Origin: the human T2T-CHM13v2.0 reference genome, Homo sapiens | Direction: 5' to 3' | Length of the DNA stretch: 64,000 bases | NCBI GenBank assembly: GCA_009914755.4 | Contig: CP086569.2 | Coordinates: 23,008,001-23,072,000, forward strand | In this document: positions 39,966-51,887 of the stretch, in pieces | Numbering within the stretch: the stretch's first letter is position 1 | How the letters are laid out: the number at the start of each line of letters is the position of its first letter | Made by a program: the position numbers and the translations under genes | Notes under the pieces: model-generated | The model's database searches: none | Told to the model about the DNA's origin: nothing | Seen by the model: the letters and a program-made list of their open reading frames with translations, nothing else

Positions 39966-41395
39966 CTACATGCAACGAAATGTGTTTCCTGTAAAGAAAG
40001 ACAGCCATGAAGAAGAGAGTTTCAGATCACTATCAGGGCCTTGCCTCTTCACATGACCTTTCACTCCACATAGGAAACAATTTTGGTTTCTCTCCCTTTT
40101 CACTTTAGGAGGTGTTAATGCCATAGCTAATATTCTGGCCTTGTTTGTCTCAGTTCCTACCAGGTGACACACTTACATCAGCTCCCTGAAGGTGCTTGCC
40201 TTTCCTTTGTTTGCCTGCATTGCCTGCTGGCAATCCACATTAGCATTTTCAAAAGGCAATTGCAACAATAAGACAGGAGTGGGCTGGGTGTGACTAATTT
40301 ACCTCTTAATTGCCAGAGTTAACCAATCCATAAACTCAACAAATGGCTCCTGAGGCCCTTGTCAAACATTTACAAAAGGTCCCTGCTGAACTCTGCTCTT
40401 GGGAATTCAGTCCCAAGCTCTGAAAGCACACAAAGACACTTGAGGATAGGCCTGGGGATCAAAATTTAGTTGTTGTACATCAGCATGAGGACACCTCCAC
40501 TGCAGCTTATCCACTCTTATATTTTTCCAGGCCACCTGATTCTGGTTGGCTTGTTGTTTGCACAGCTCATCATATTCTGCCTTCCAGAGGAGGTATGGGT
40601 TAGGCTCCAGAGTTGCTTTAGCCAGCGTTGACCAGTCCCATTGGGCCATACAGAAGTGGTCGGCTAAGACCTCAATCATTCCTTTTGTAAATGGTCTAGC
40701 GGCTCTGTTTTATTTAATGCTTTTTCTTAGTTCTTTGTAAGTGTGAAAGCAAATGGGTTCATGCACTTGATGACCATGTCGGTCTGCATTACTGGACAGG
40801 CTAAGAGCTCTCCTTCTAATGCTGCTTGTTTAAGACAAGGTCCCATAGCTGAATTATATTTTGTACCTTTTTTTCTACTTATAGTAAGAGGGGGCTCAAG
40901 CAAACCCTCCGTTTCCTCTTTGCTATTTTGGCCCAGTGATAGTGGTACTGAGGAAAAGGTGGTGAGAAGGCAGGTGATGTTTCTCCCTCCTTCTCCTTTT
41001 TAGGCTCTTCTGTGTATAATGGGACTAAAGCCGTTCTTAGTAAAATCCACCGTGTTAAAGCTGATGCTGGGACCTGATGCCCCTGTGCATAATATTGTTT
41101 AAGATTTCTCCCTACTTGTTCCCAGAGTTCTGCGTCTAGTGTTCCTTCTTCTGGGACCATGGATTACATGAGACCACAGTTTACATTAATTTCCTTAATT
41201 GAACCTGGGAAACGGAATCTCTGCTAGCCTTAAGTAACTGTTTTAATATTTTATATACTGTTTCTCAGGTGCTGATAACTGTTGTTCCATAATGAAAACT
41301 CAGCTTGAACCAACTTCCCCCAGAGCTTGGTGACCTTGAGTGCAAATCAATGACTTAATGATTACTCACTGAGTTTACCGCGCGGTTCCTTTCTT
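39966..41395 (-). mobile_element. Betaretrovirus-like (ERVK/HERVK-type) gag-derived internal fragment with no LTR, 5'-truncated in the leader
   Basis: Minus ORF 40879-41160 (MVPEEGTLDAELWEQVGRNLKQ..ILLRTALVPLYTEEP) aligns with the HERV-K matrix (..PEQGTLDLKDWKRIGKELKQ..AIIKAALEPFQTEE). Minus ORF 40407-40679 (..DWSTLAKATLEPNPYLLWKAEYDE..AFRAW) aligns with HERV-K p15/CA (..DWEILAKSSLSPSQFLQFKTWW..ICLRAW). Minus ORF 39966-40172 has the NC zinc knuckle CFLCGVKGH, where HERV-K has CYNCGQIGH. Confidence 0.65.
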
Positions 41396-41411
41396 CACCT
41401 TCTTTTTCGGG

Positions 41412-42236
41412 AGTCCAAGTCTTTGCTACTGTGAATAGTGCCACAATAAACATACGTGTGCATGTGTCTTTATTGTAGAATGATTTATAATCCTTTGGTA
41501 GATGCCCAGTAATGAGGTTGCTGGGTCAAATGGTATTTCCAGTTCTAGATCTTTGAGGAATCACCACACTGTCTTCCACAATGGTTGAACTAATTTACAC
41601 TCCCACCGAGATCATAAAAGCATTCTTATTTTTCCACAGGCTCTCCAGGATCTGTTGTTTCCTGACTTTTTAATGATTGCCATTAAAACTGGAGTGAGAT
41701 GGTATCTCATTTTGGTTTTGATTTGCATTTCTCTAATGACCAGTGATGATGAGCATTTTTTCATATGTCTGTTGGCTGCATAAATTTCTTCGAGTAGTGA
41801 CTGTTCATATCCTTTGCCCATTTTTTGATGGGGTTGTTTGTTTTATTCTTGTAAATTGGTTTAAGTTCTTTGTATATTCTAGATATCAGCCCTTTGTCAG
41901 ATGGATAGAGTGCAAAAATTTTCCGCCATTCTATAGGTTGGCTCTTCACTCTGAAGATAGTTGCTTTTGCTTTTCAGTAGCTCTCTAGTTTAATTAGATT
42001 CCATTTGTCAATTTTGTCTTTTGTTGCCATTGCTTTTGGTGTTTTGGACATGAATTCTTTGCCCATGCCTATGTCCTGAATAGTATTGCCCAGATTTTCT
42101 TCTAGGATTTTAATGGTCCTAAGTCTTACATTTAAGTCTTTGATCCATCTTGAGTTGATTTTTGTAAATGGTGTAAGGAAGGTATCCAGTTTCAGTTTTC
42201 TGCATATGGCTAGGCAGTTTTCTCAACATCATTTTT
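41412..42236 (-). mobile_element. L1 ORF2 C-terminal fragment lacking its own 3'UTR and poly-A, abutting the ERVK relic
   Basis: Minus ORF 41612-41821 (..[46 protein letters not shown]..) and minus ORF 41761-41949 (..[36 protein letters not shown]) are L1 ORF2. The L1 similarity stops at ..gcaaagacttgga (41412) with no tail. Confidence 0.85.
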
Positions 42237-44744
42237 GTACTTCTTAAGAGTATATTTAAAAATTCTTTGTCATGATTAAAATTTATTTCTTTTAGAAGGA
42301 GAAGCAAGCTAGTAGCATTTTAGATATAATACACACTGAGCTGTTTTCTTTTTTCACAGGAATTGTCTTTATTCAAAATTTCCACTAGTTTTAATATTGA
42401 TCAAAGTAAACAAATTATAATTAAAAAAAAAGTTTTCCTACCATTCCAGAGTAGTATTTGCTAAATAAATTCTCCCTTAAAACAATTTGCATTGGCTAAA
42501 CTTAATTTTGTCTCAACTAAAGGCTATAAAAACCCTGTAAGAAAATATTTAGTACCATGTAATTAAGGGAATTAGCATCACATATTCAGGTACTCAACAA
42601 TTATTATGTTTTTACAAACATGAAAGAAAAAGATAACAACTATGACTCTTATCATATCACTACAGTCTGTGATTTTTCTTCCTTTTTTCATTTATTTATA
42701 TTTGTCATGGGTTTAGTTGTAGGTGTCTGCATTTCTCTGTATGGCTCTGAAAGATTAATATATGGTTCTGTAATTATATATTCATTTTACCTTTGAAAAG
42801 GTGAACAGCGTATCATGATATATTTCCTATTAATATACCTACCTCAGAATACACATAACTTTTGAACCTATAAAACTTTTGTATTTGGTTAAAAACTAGA
42901 TAATGTTAAACAGTATTTATTTACAAAACATGTCTAATTTATAATGGGAGTAGGATAAGAAAAGATATTTTACTTTGGGTTTGACAATATTATGGCCCTG
43001 ATGGTTACTCATAGATGACAGATTTTATCTTAGAAGTGGGTATTTGCTAACTAGAGTTGAAAGCATTATGGTGTTGGCATGCTCCCAGATTACCACTTGA
43101 GATGCATTGCTGGCTGACCTACAGAGCAGCTTTGATTGTGGTTTTGCCCAGTCAGACTCCTGCTATCCTGGCTGCAAGGTTTGTTTTCTTTTGTCTGTAG
43201 TCAGAGGGGAAGTGATGCTTGATTTTCTACTTGCCTCTGAACTTTAAAGCTTCATTTTGCCCCAGGAAAGAGGAGAATATCTTAAACATGAAGTATTTCA
43301 CTTAGCTTTATTTAAGTGGGAAAAAATAAAATGAAATAAAATAAAACAATCCTTGCTAGGTTCTTGTTCATATTCCATCTCTTAACCGCTGGATGAAAAG
43401 TCATTTTAAAATTTTTTGATGACCTCTGAATCAAAGTAACAATGTAAGCAATGTTTCCAAACCTGGAAACTAAGGAAGGACTTGCACAGAAGAAAGTAAG
43501 ACAGAAAGAGAAAATATGAACGTTCTGAGGTTACCATGAAATCGGTTCTAAGTTCCTTTGCCTGAAAGTCAAGTCCCTTCTGCAATTCGTTGGAGTTTTA
43601 TTCTCCTTTCAGGGCTCAGCTCATGTCACACTTTCTCTCTAATCTTCTGCACCTTTTCCTTACATTACTTTATTTTCTCTGGTATGAAGAAAATAATTCA
43701 GAGGAAAATAAAATATTGAGTAGATTTTGCAATGAAATATTTTAATTGCAGAATAGTATAGAAAACAAGGAATGCTAGGATAAAAATTTTGTGTGTAAGC
43801 TTATCGAGAAATTTGAATGAATGTCAGTTTAAGGAGAGTTTAGACTTTAAAAGTGTCATTAAAAGTATGCTTTCATATCATGCTTGTGTTTGACATAAAA
43901 ATACATATTTTTTATATCAGATAAGGTAGTTTTCATATATTGTGCATCAACCTATCGATCTCCAATTTCCAAATGTGCAGTACATGCTCAACAAACTGTG
44001 GAACAGAATGAGGAACGAGGAACATTAACTGAACTATTTAGAAAATTGGCATACTAAAGTTCATACTAAAACATGAATGCATTCTATTTATTTAAGTAAT
44101 AATTTCAGATAATCCCATTCATCTTAGATACAACACTTAATTAGTTCAGTAATAAAATTTTTGGTGATAGCATATTATTTTACTAAATATATGCTTTAGA
44201 ATGTACAAATAGTTTCTGTCCAAGTTTATCCTTATGAAAACCATAGTAGTGAAAGCATTCTTATGTGCAGTTTTCTTTTTATGATGTTCCAAAAAGAGGA
44301 CATATTAATAGTACACATTATAAACATTAGCTGACTGAATTTTTAAAAGATTAAATAAAGAAACACTAAGACAAGTATTAAAATTTTATAAACAATTATT
44401 ACTTATCCTTCATTAGTTAGCAACAACATTGATAAGTTAAAAGGTAGCATTTTTACCAGGTCAGAGGGTGCTTGAGTACTCACTGGATTTATTAATGTGA
44501 AACAATGCTGAAGTAAACCTTAAGAACATGTACACGTTTTATGTACACAAAAGATAGTGGTAACCTACTTAGAAATTGTTTGACATTTCTACTTGGATGG
44601 GCCCTTTCATCCCTGTAAGAATGTAGGGCAGGTGAAATTCTCCTGGGATGTTGTGAGAATAGTCTTTTGTGCAGATTGGTTCAGGTTTTTAGATTTTTTA
44701 GTTTCTCAGGTGGCTCATTTATCTCAGTCGTTATGTTTTATCTG

Positions 44745-45236
44745 TAGTGGTTGGTCTGGGGTGGACATTCCCAAACTTTCTGGCACCAGGGACTGGTTTC
44801 ATGGAAGACAATTTTTCCACAGATAATGGGTGGGGAGGTGATGGTTTCAGGATGATTCAAGCACATTACATTTATTGTGTACTGTTATTTCTATTATTAC
44901 AACATTGTAATATATAATTAAACAATTATATAACTCACCATAATGTAGAATCCGTGGGAGGCCTGAACTTGTTTTCCATCCCGGGGTGATGGCAGACAGT
45001 GACAGATCATCAGGCATTAGATAATCATAAGAGTGCACAATCTAGATCCCTCGCATAGACAGTTCACCACGGGGTATGATAATCTAATGTTACTTCTGAT
45101 CTGACAGGAGGTGGGGCTAAGGCAGTAATGCAAGCGATGAGGAGTGGCTGTAAATACAGATGAAGCTTTGCTGGCCTGCCAGCCACTCACCTCTTGCTGT
45201 GCAGCCAGTTCCTAACAGATCATGCGCTGGTACCTG
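44745..45236 (+). mobile_element. MER1B-like (hAT) nonautonomous DNA transposon; the 3' terminus is diverged or truncated
   Basis: ..ctttctggcaccagggactggtttcatggaagacaatttttccacag..gatcatcaggcattagataatcataagagtgcacaatctagatccctcgcatagacagttcac..gatctgacaggaggtggggctaaggcagtaatgc..cagttcctaacag. Confidence 0.6.
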
Positions 45237-46199
45237 AATGAGTGTTTAGAATCATCAACGTCTTTAAAGTGGTTAGCATATCCAGAACAAACAGTGTGTC
45301 CAGGTAAGAAGGGGCTACCTATGGGGAGTGATTAGCCACTCCTGTAGGTCAGTCTATTAAGGCTGTTTGATGTATTTTACAGTATTTATCAAGACAGTGC
45401 TTAGTGAATAAATATGCAATAAATGATAATCATATATTCAAAATTAGTGTTTCCCACATGTTTCAGCTGGGTTTGTTTTCATGTGATCATATCGTTTCTT
45501 CATGGAGTAGTCATAAGAATACTCAGTTGAATGCTCAGTTGAACCTTGGAGGAAACATGCATCACTATTTATATAGCAAAAATAACTGAAGTAAATTGTT
45601 TGTTTAGTGTCTCCTGGCTCTGCTAAAGTCACCAGAATAATTGCAGCTTAAAAGTTTATCATAGAGAGTATATATTTGAATCTAAGCATATTTATGAACA
45701 ATGAAAATGTCTGCATAATTAATAACAGTAATATAAAAGTTTGTGGGAATTTGCTGGAAATCAAATGTCAAAGGTAGACTCGGAGACTAAGTCATTTAGA
45801 AAAGAAAATAAATTCATTTGCAGAAAATTATTAATTGGAGTTCAGATTTTAACAGAACTTGCTCTAAAATTAAAAAAATGGCTAGATATTTAATTTATCA
45901 AATTTGTAATGTTCATGATAGACAATAACTTCTTTGAATTGCCAAATTAGATGATATTCTCCCATTTCTATATATCAACATTTCAAAGGCCAAGATAAAG
46001 TTATTTTTGTTAGGGAGTCAGTAACTTACAGAAAAGCTCAGGGTTTTATTTAATTTTTGGACTAGAACTAGACAGAATGAGTCTGTTTTGGTTGTTGTTG
46101 TTGTTGTCATTGTGGTTTACCTTAAGGAAAATGAAGCATTTAAAAATTTTTTCCTTGTGTGGAATATGATGTAAACCCTTATTGCTTTAAATGGAGTAG

Positions 46200-48027
46200 G
46201 GTAAGGTGATACAGTATTACCCTATGAGAGGTGACAGCGTGCTGGCAGCTCTCGCAGCCCTCGCTCTAGGTGCTTCCTTGGCCTCCACGCCCACTCTGGC
46301 TGCACTTCAAGAGCCCTTCAGCCGGCCGCTGCACTGTGGGAGTACCTCTCTGGGCTGGCCAAGGCCGGAGCTGGCTCCCTCAGCTTGCAGGTAGGTGTGG
46401 CGGGAGAGGCGCCTGTGGGAACTGGGGCTGTGCGCCGCCCTTGCAGGCCAGCAGGAGTTCTGGGTCGGCGTGGGCTTGGCAGACCCTGCAGTCAGAGGGG
46501 CTGGCCGGTGCTGCTGGCCCCAGGCCAGCAGCTGGGTTTAGCACCTGGGCCAGCAGCTGCGGAGGGTTCACCAGGTCCCCCAGCAGTGCCAGCCAACCAG
46601 CTCTGCGCTGGAATTCTCGCTGGGCCTCAGCTGCCTCCCTGCAAGGCAGGGCTCCGGACCTGCAGCCCGCTATGTCTGAGCCTCCCCTGGCCCCGCTGTG
46701 GGCTCCTGAGCTGCCCAAGCCTCCCAAATGAGCACCACAAGCGCCGCTCCCTGCGCCATGGCAGCTGGTCCCATCTACCGCCCAAGGGCTGAGGAGTGCA
46801 GGCACACAGGGGACTGGCAGGCAGCTCCACTTGCGGCCGGGTGTGGGATCCACTAGGTGAAGCCAGCTGGGTGCCTGAGTCTAGTGTAGGCTTGGAGAAC
46901 TTTTATGTCTAGCTGGAGAATTGTCTATGCACCAATCAGCACCCTGTGTCTAGCTCAAGGTTTGTAAATGCACCAATCAGCACTCTATATCTAGGTAATA
47001 TGGTGAGGACTTGAAGAACCTTTATGTCTAGCTAAGGGATTGTAGATATCCCAATCAGCACTCTGTGTTTACTTCAAGGTTTGTAAATTCACCAGTCAGG
47101 ACTCTGTATTTAGCTAATCTGGTGGGGACTTGGAGAACATTTATGTCTACCTAAGGGATTGTAAATACACCAGTCAGCACTCTGTCTAGCTCAAGGTTTG
47201 TAAACACACCAGTCAGCACCCTGTGTCTAGCTCAAGGTTTGTAAATGCACCAATCAGTGCTCTTGTGTCTAGCTAATCTAGTGGGGACTTGGAGAACTTT
47301 TATGTCTAGCTAAGGGATTGTAAATACACCAATCAGCACTCTGTGTCTAGCTGAAGGTTTGCAAATACAACAATCAGCACCCTGTGTCTAGCTCAAGGTT
47401 TGTATATGAACCAGTCAGTGCTCTGTGTCTAGCTAACCTAGTGGGGACTTGGAGAACTTTTGTGTCTAGCTCAGGGATTGTAAACGCACCAATCAGCACC
47501 CTGTCAAAATGGACCAATCAGCTCTCTGTAAAATGGACCAATCAGCTCTCTGCAAAATGGACCAATCAGCAGGATGTGGGTGGGGCCAGATAATGGAATA
47601 AAAGCAGGCTGTGGGCACCAGCAGTGCCCTTTCCAGAGGGGGGAAAGTGTGTTTTTTTTGTCTTTGCAATGAATCTTGCTGCAGCCAACTCTTTGGGTCG
47701 ACACTGCCTTTATGAGTTGTAACACTCACTTCAAAGGTCTGCAGCTTCTCTCCTAAGGGCATGGAGAACACGAAACCACCAGGAGGAACGAACAACTCCA
47801 GATGCACTGCCTTAAGAGCTGTAACATTCAGTGTGAAGGTTTGCAGCTTTACTTCTGAAGCCAGCTAGACCACAAACCCACCAGAAAGAAGAAACTCCAA
47901 ACACATCTGAACATCAGAAGGAACAAACTCCGGACACGCTGCCTTTAACAACTATGACACTCACCACGAGGGTCTGCGACTTCATTCTCGAAGTCAGTGA
48001 GACCAAGAACCCACCAATTCCGGACAC
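46200..48027 (+). mobile_element. LTR12-family (HERV9) solo LTR: GC-rich 5' U3, a ~40-bp CCAAT-containing tandem-repeat array (~46880-47500), a 25-bp x3 ggaccaatcag repeat (47497-47575), a TATA-like aataaaag (~47600) and an R/U5 segment with tcaccacgagggtctgc repeats
   Basis: Diagnostic LTR12 units tctagctcaaggtttgtaaatgcaccaatcagcaccctgtg and ..ctagtggggacttggagaacttttatgtctagctaagggattgtaaatacaccaatcagcac.. The U5-like end reads ..gaagtcagtgagaccaagaacccaccaattccggacac. Confidence 0.85.
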
Positions 48028-48384
48028 ACTTAACAGACATTGTGCTAGGCACTTTATTCACTTATCTGTAATAAGACCGTGATGTTCACAGGGCACTATT
48101 TACTCATTGAATTTTAGAATTACACTAGAGGTGGAGTTTAACTTCCGTTAGTAATACATTAGGCTTAGTAAATAATTTAGTGAGCCCCTTGAGAATGATC
48201 TAAGATGTGAGCACCTAATTGTACCAGATGTATGGTCAATATTATTTCCTGTTGGAGACTCACGATGAGATTACAGAGAAATTAGAAACTAATTAAACAT
48301 ACAGGACCAAAGTTTTCATTCCCTAGTTCAAACTCACTTGTAAATTTTACTTTAAGATGCAGAAATAATTTCTTGCTTTGAAGA

Positions 48385-48470
48385 ATCTGTTTCTCTCTCT
48401 TTCCTTCTCTTTCAGTTTCTCTGTTTCCCTCTCTTGTTTCTCTATTTGCCTCTCTCTCTCCCTGCCGCCC
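48385..48470. repeat. CT-rich low-complexity tract
   Basis: tctctctctttccttctctttcagtttctctgtttccctctcttgtttctctatttgcctctctctctccctgcc. Confidence 0.85.
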
Positions 48471-48628
48471 CCACTCTTTATGTTATATGCTAGCAAAAGG
48501 ATGACACAAAGATCGATGTTCTCTAAAACAGATATTGCCTGTTTGAAGAGCTAAGAACAGCCCAATCAAAAAATAAACTAACACTGATTTTTCAAAAAGC
48601 CATACATAGCATCAGTGATGAGGACATC

Positions 48629-48933
48629 TTTTTTTTAATTTGTTTTGTGTTTGAGACAGAGTCTTGCTGTGTCTCCCAGGCTAGAGTGGAGTGGTGCAGT
48701 CTTGGCTAACTGTAAGCTCTGCCTCCTGGATTCGCGCCATTCTCCTGCCTCAGCCTCCCGTGTAGCTGGGACTACAGGAGCCTGCCACCACACCTGGCTA
48801 ATTGTTTGTATTTTTAGTAGAGATGGGGTTTCACCGTGTTAGCCAGGATGGTCTCGATCTCCTGACATCGTGATCTGCCTGCCTCAGCCTCCCAAAGTGC
48901 TGGGATTACAGGCATGAGTCACTGCACCTGGCC
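48629..48933 (-). mobile_element. Alu SINE (AluS/Y-like)
   Basis: ..gagacagagtcttgctgtgtctcccaggctagagtggagtggtgcagtcttggctaactgtaagctctgcctcctggattcgcgccattctcctgcctcagcctcccgtgtagctgggactacagg.. Confidence 0.9.
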
Positions 48934-49194
48934 GAAGACATCTTGTTTTTGTTATTACGGCTGTTTCATTCAAGAAACTGAAAGTTAGGACAAGATTTAT
49001 TTCCACGTATATAGGTAAGAGCTGCTCAACACAATCAATGGATGTCTACACTAATTTGAATGAAAAACGCAGGACTCCATTTAAATGGAAATATGGTAGT
49101 TTAAAATAAAAAAAGCTGAAGTTTTAAGCATTCCAATTCACAATGTGAATTGAGTCTTTTTTATATAAAATGAGATAATGTAAGCAAGACACTT

Positions 49195-49328
49195 CTGTTT
49201 TAATTGTTATTGCTATTGAGGTTATCATCCCTGTTCTTGTTAATGTTACTTTTAATTTTCTGTTTTAATTGTTATTGCTACTGAGGTCATCACTGTTCTT
49301 GTTAATATTGCCTACTTTTAATTTTCCT
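49195..49328. repeat. Local tandem duplication, ~67 bp x 2
   Basis: ctgttttaattgttattgctattgaggttatcatccctgttcttgttaatgttacttttaattttc is immediately followed by tgttttaattgttattgctactgaggtcatcactgttcttgttaatattgcctacttttaattttcc. Confidence 0.9.
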
Positions 49329-50660
49329 GTATAGGCTTTAGTCTAACACTTTTGTACCAAATGCTTGCTTGGCAAAACTATTTTTTTTTTAGGTAAAGAG
49401 TATAAAAGTTAGTGTATCAATAATGCTGCATAATTACCCTTAACGAAACTTGGTGGCATTTTCTAGTAAGCATGTATTTTTTGCCTTTGTAATTGCAGAT
49501 AAAGAGGGATTTTTTTACTCTTCTAAGCTTAGTTGGACTTGGTTTTGTCTCAGTAGAGTCTGATGTGTTCTCTTTAAACCTGCAGCTAAGTTATTTTCTA
49601 CTTGTAAAGAAGAGCAGGAAGGCCAAAGGATAAGTTCAATTGCCAAACACATTTCAAGACCTTCCTTGTTTCGCATGTCTGAGCATTCCATTGGCCCCTA
49701 ACAGGAAACAAGCAACAGGAAAGCAGAAATTTGCCATGGAAAGTATGAATATATGCTAAGCAATAGGACTATTAATTTTAAATAATAAGCTGTTAGGTGA
49801 TTTTTATTCTGTGAACAATTAGATTGCAGGTGACTTGTACATGTTAGCTTTATACTAGAAATCCATACCCAGAAAGCTTTCTCACTTGCTCCTGATTTTA
49901 GAGGTGTTCAGTTGTCACATCTTTTTCTCACTTCCACTGGCTGTATTCCTCCACTCTTCTAACCATTCTCCTACTTATTTTAGAATCAAAGTGAATTATG
50001 TCTTGCCTGTCAGAATTTATTAATCTTGGATCCTGCAATTATAAAGATTGTTACATATCTTTCTAGTTCTTTTGGCATTATTATTATGGGAAAATGTATA
50101 CCTTTTTGAAAATTACTAAAGTGAAATAATTTTATAACATAATCCATTTTACAATAAGAAATGCCCTCTCTCAAACACACACACACACTGAAATATTCTG
50201 CGTGGCAAATTTATTATAATTCAAGTTAACATGAAATATTAAATTTAATTTACATGGTTAGTAGGGATTATGGTTTGTTAAATACAAGGTAAGCAGATAT
50301 GTTAACTTTTTTTTCTTTTTGTCACAAAATTGCCAAATGTTCCAAAGTATTAATACACATTATCATATATCTGAGATTCCATATGACAAATTTTGACATT
50401 AGTTCATCTTTTGATCCAAAAATTTCTTCCTATTTTAATAAGATACACACTGGAACTTTATCTGTTCTGCACCTTTTTAAGACTCCTTTTAATAACAAAC
50501 TAAAAATTAAAATGTATAATTAACATTATTGCTGGTATAGTCTCAATTTTATAAATAGGTGTTCTGTTCTTTAAACGATGATGTATGATACACAGGGAAC
50601 AGGATATCCTGGAGCTTTTATTTTATCTTATATATAGATATATATATCTATATATAACAC

Positions 50661-50945
50661 ATTTTTGAGACAGAGTCTTAACTGGGTCACCCAGGCAGGA
50701 GTGCAGTGGCACAATCCTGGCTCACTGCAATCTCCAACTTTGGGTTCAAGTGATTATTCTGTCTCAGCCTCCTGAATAATTGGACCAAAGGCATTCACCA
50801 CCATGCCCGGCTAATTTTTGTATTTGAAGTAGAGATGGGTTTTAGCCATATTACCCAGGCTGGTCTTGAACTCCTGACCTCAAGTGATCCACCCAACTCA
50901 GTCTCACACAGTGCTTGGATTACAGATGTGAGCCATTGCACCTTG
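50661..50945 (-). mobile_element. Alu SINE preceded by a (TA)n tract (50625-50660)
   Basis: ..gagacagagtcttaactgggtcacccaggcaggagtgcagtggcacaatcctggctcactgcaatctcc..cctgacctcaagtgatccaccc..gattacagatgtgagccattgcacc. Confidence 0.85.
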
Positions 50946-51578
50946 CGTTTTACTAATTTTCTTTCGATCTTATGTATAGTTGCTGGTAGCGAAAGAGCCA
51001 GGAAGTAATCAACACATCATAGATACACACAACTAAATTTCTGAGAGGAATATATTTCCAATATCAAGTAAGTTACTATAGAAAATTATTAACAAAGTCC
51101 TCATTCAAGAGGATTGCAGAAACCGAACTATGCTTAATGAGATTAGTATCATAATGTGGTACAAAGACACTGAATAAGTTTATATGTTAACATTTTGTTG
51201 TGGTTGCAGGTAGGCTTTCATTGTTTAAACCACCTACAGTGCCCCACTGAAACTTGAATGGCAGTGAGGCAGTCAGGATTTGGAGAAAGGCCTAGCAAGA
51301 ACAATCAGGGCACAAGGACAGAATCCTGGATTTGCCTATGGTGTGCTTTATGATCTTTCACAAGGTAACTGAGAACTAATCAGTGTAGACAGCATATCTT
51401 CTGTCATAAATTAGATATTTCAACCAAATTTATTCTCTTAAATTTATCTGTCCTTACTCTAAGTAGTTAAATCCACTGTATTCAAGATTTAAAATTGAAT
51501 CCAAAGGCTGTTTAATGTTACAAAGAAATATGAAGTTACCTTAAGTTAAAATTGTTCAGTGGATATGGAAATAACTAT

Positions 51579-51887
51579 GGTCTGGCACAGTGGCTCATGC
51601 CTGTAATCCCAGCACTCTGGGAGGCTGAGGCGGGTGGATCATGAGGTCAGGAGATCGAGACCATCCTGGCTAACATGGTGAAACTCCGTCTCTACTAAAT
51701 ACAAAAAATTAGCTGGGCGAGCGTGGTGGCAGGTGCCTGTAGTCCCGGCAAGCTGGGAGGCTGAGGCAGGAGAATGGTGTGAACCTGGGAGGCAGAGCTT
51801 ACAGTGAGCCCAAGGTCACGTCACTGCTCTTCAGCTTCGGCGGCAGAGCGTGAGACTCCATCTCAAAAAAAAAAAAAAAAAAAAAAG
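51579..51887 (+). mobile_element. Alu SINE (AluY/S-like) with a long poly-A
   Basis: ggtctggcacagtggctcatgcctgtaatcccagcactctgggaggctgaggcgggtggatcatgaggtcaggagatcgagaccatcctggctaacatggtgaaactccgtctctactaaatacaaaaaattagctgggcg.., followed by a21. Confidence 0.95.

Noticed and set aside
46206-46853. A cluster of 130-160 aa ORFs on both strands (46270-46731, 46380-46853 minus, 46385-46792)
   Set aside because: They lie inside the GC-rich U3 region of the LTR12 solo LTR. This is a low-stop-codon artefact, not a gene.
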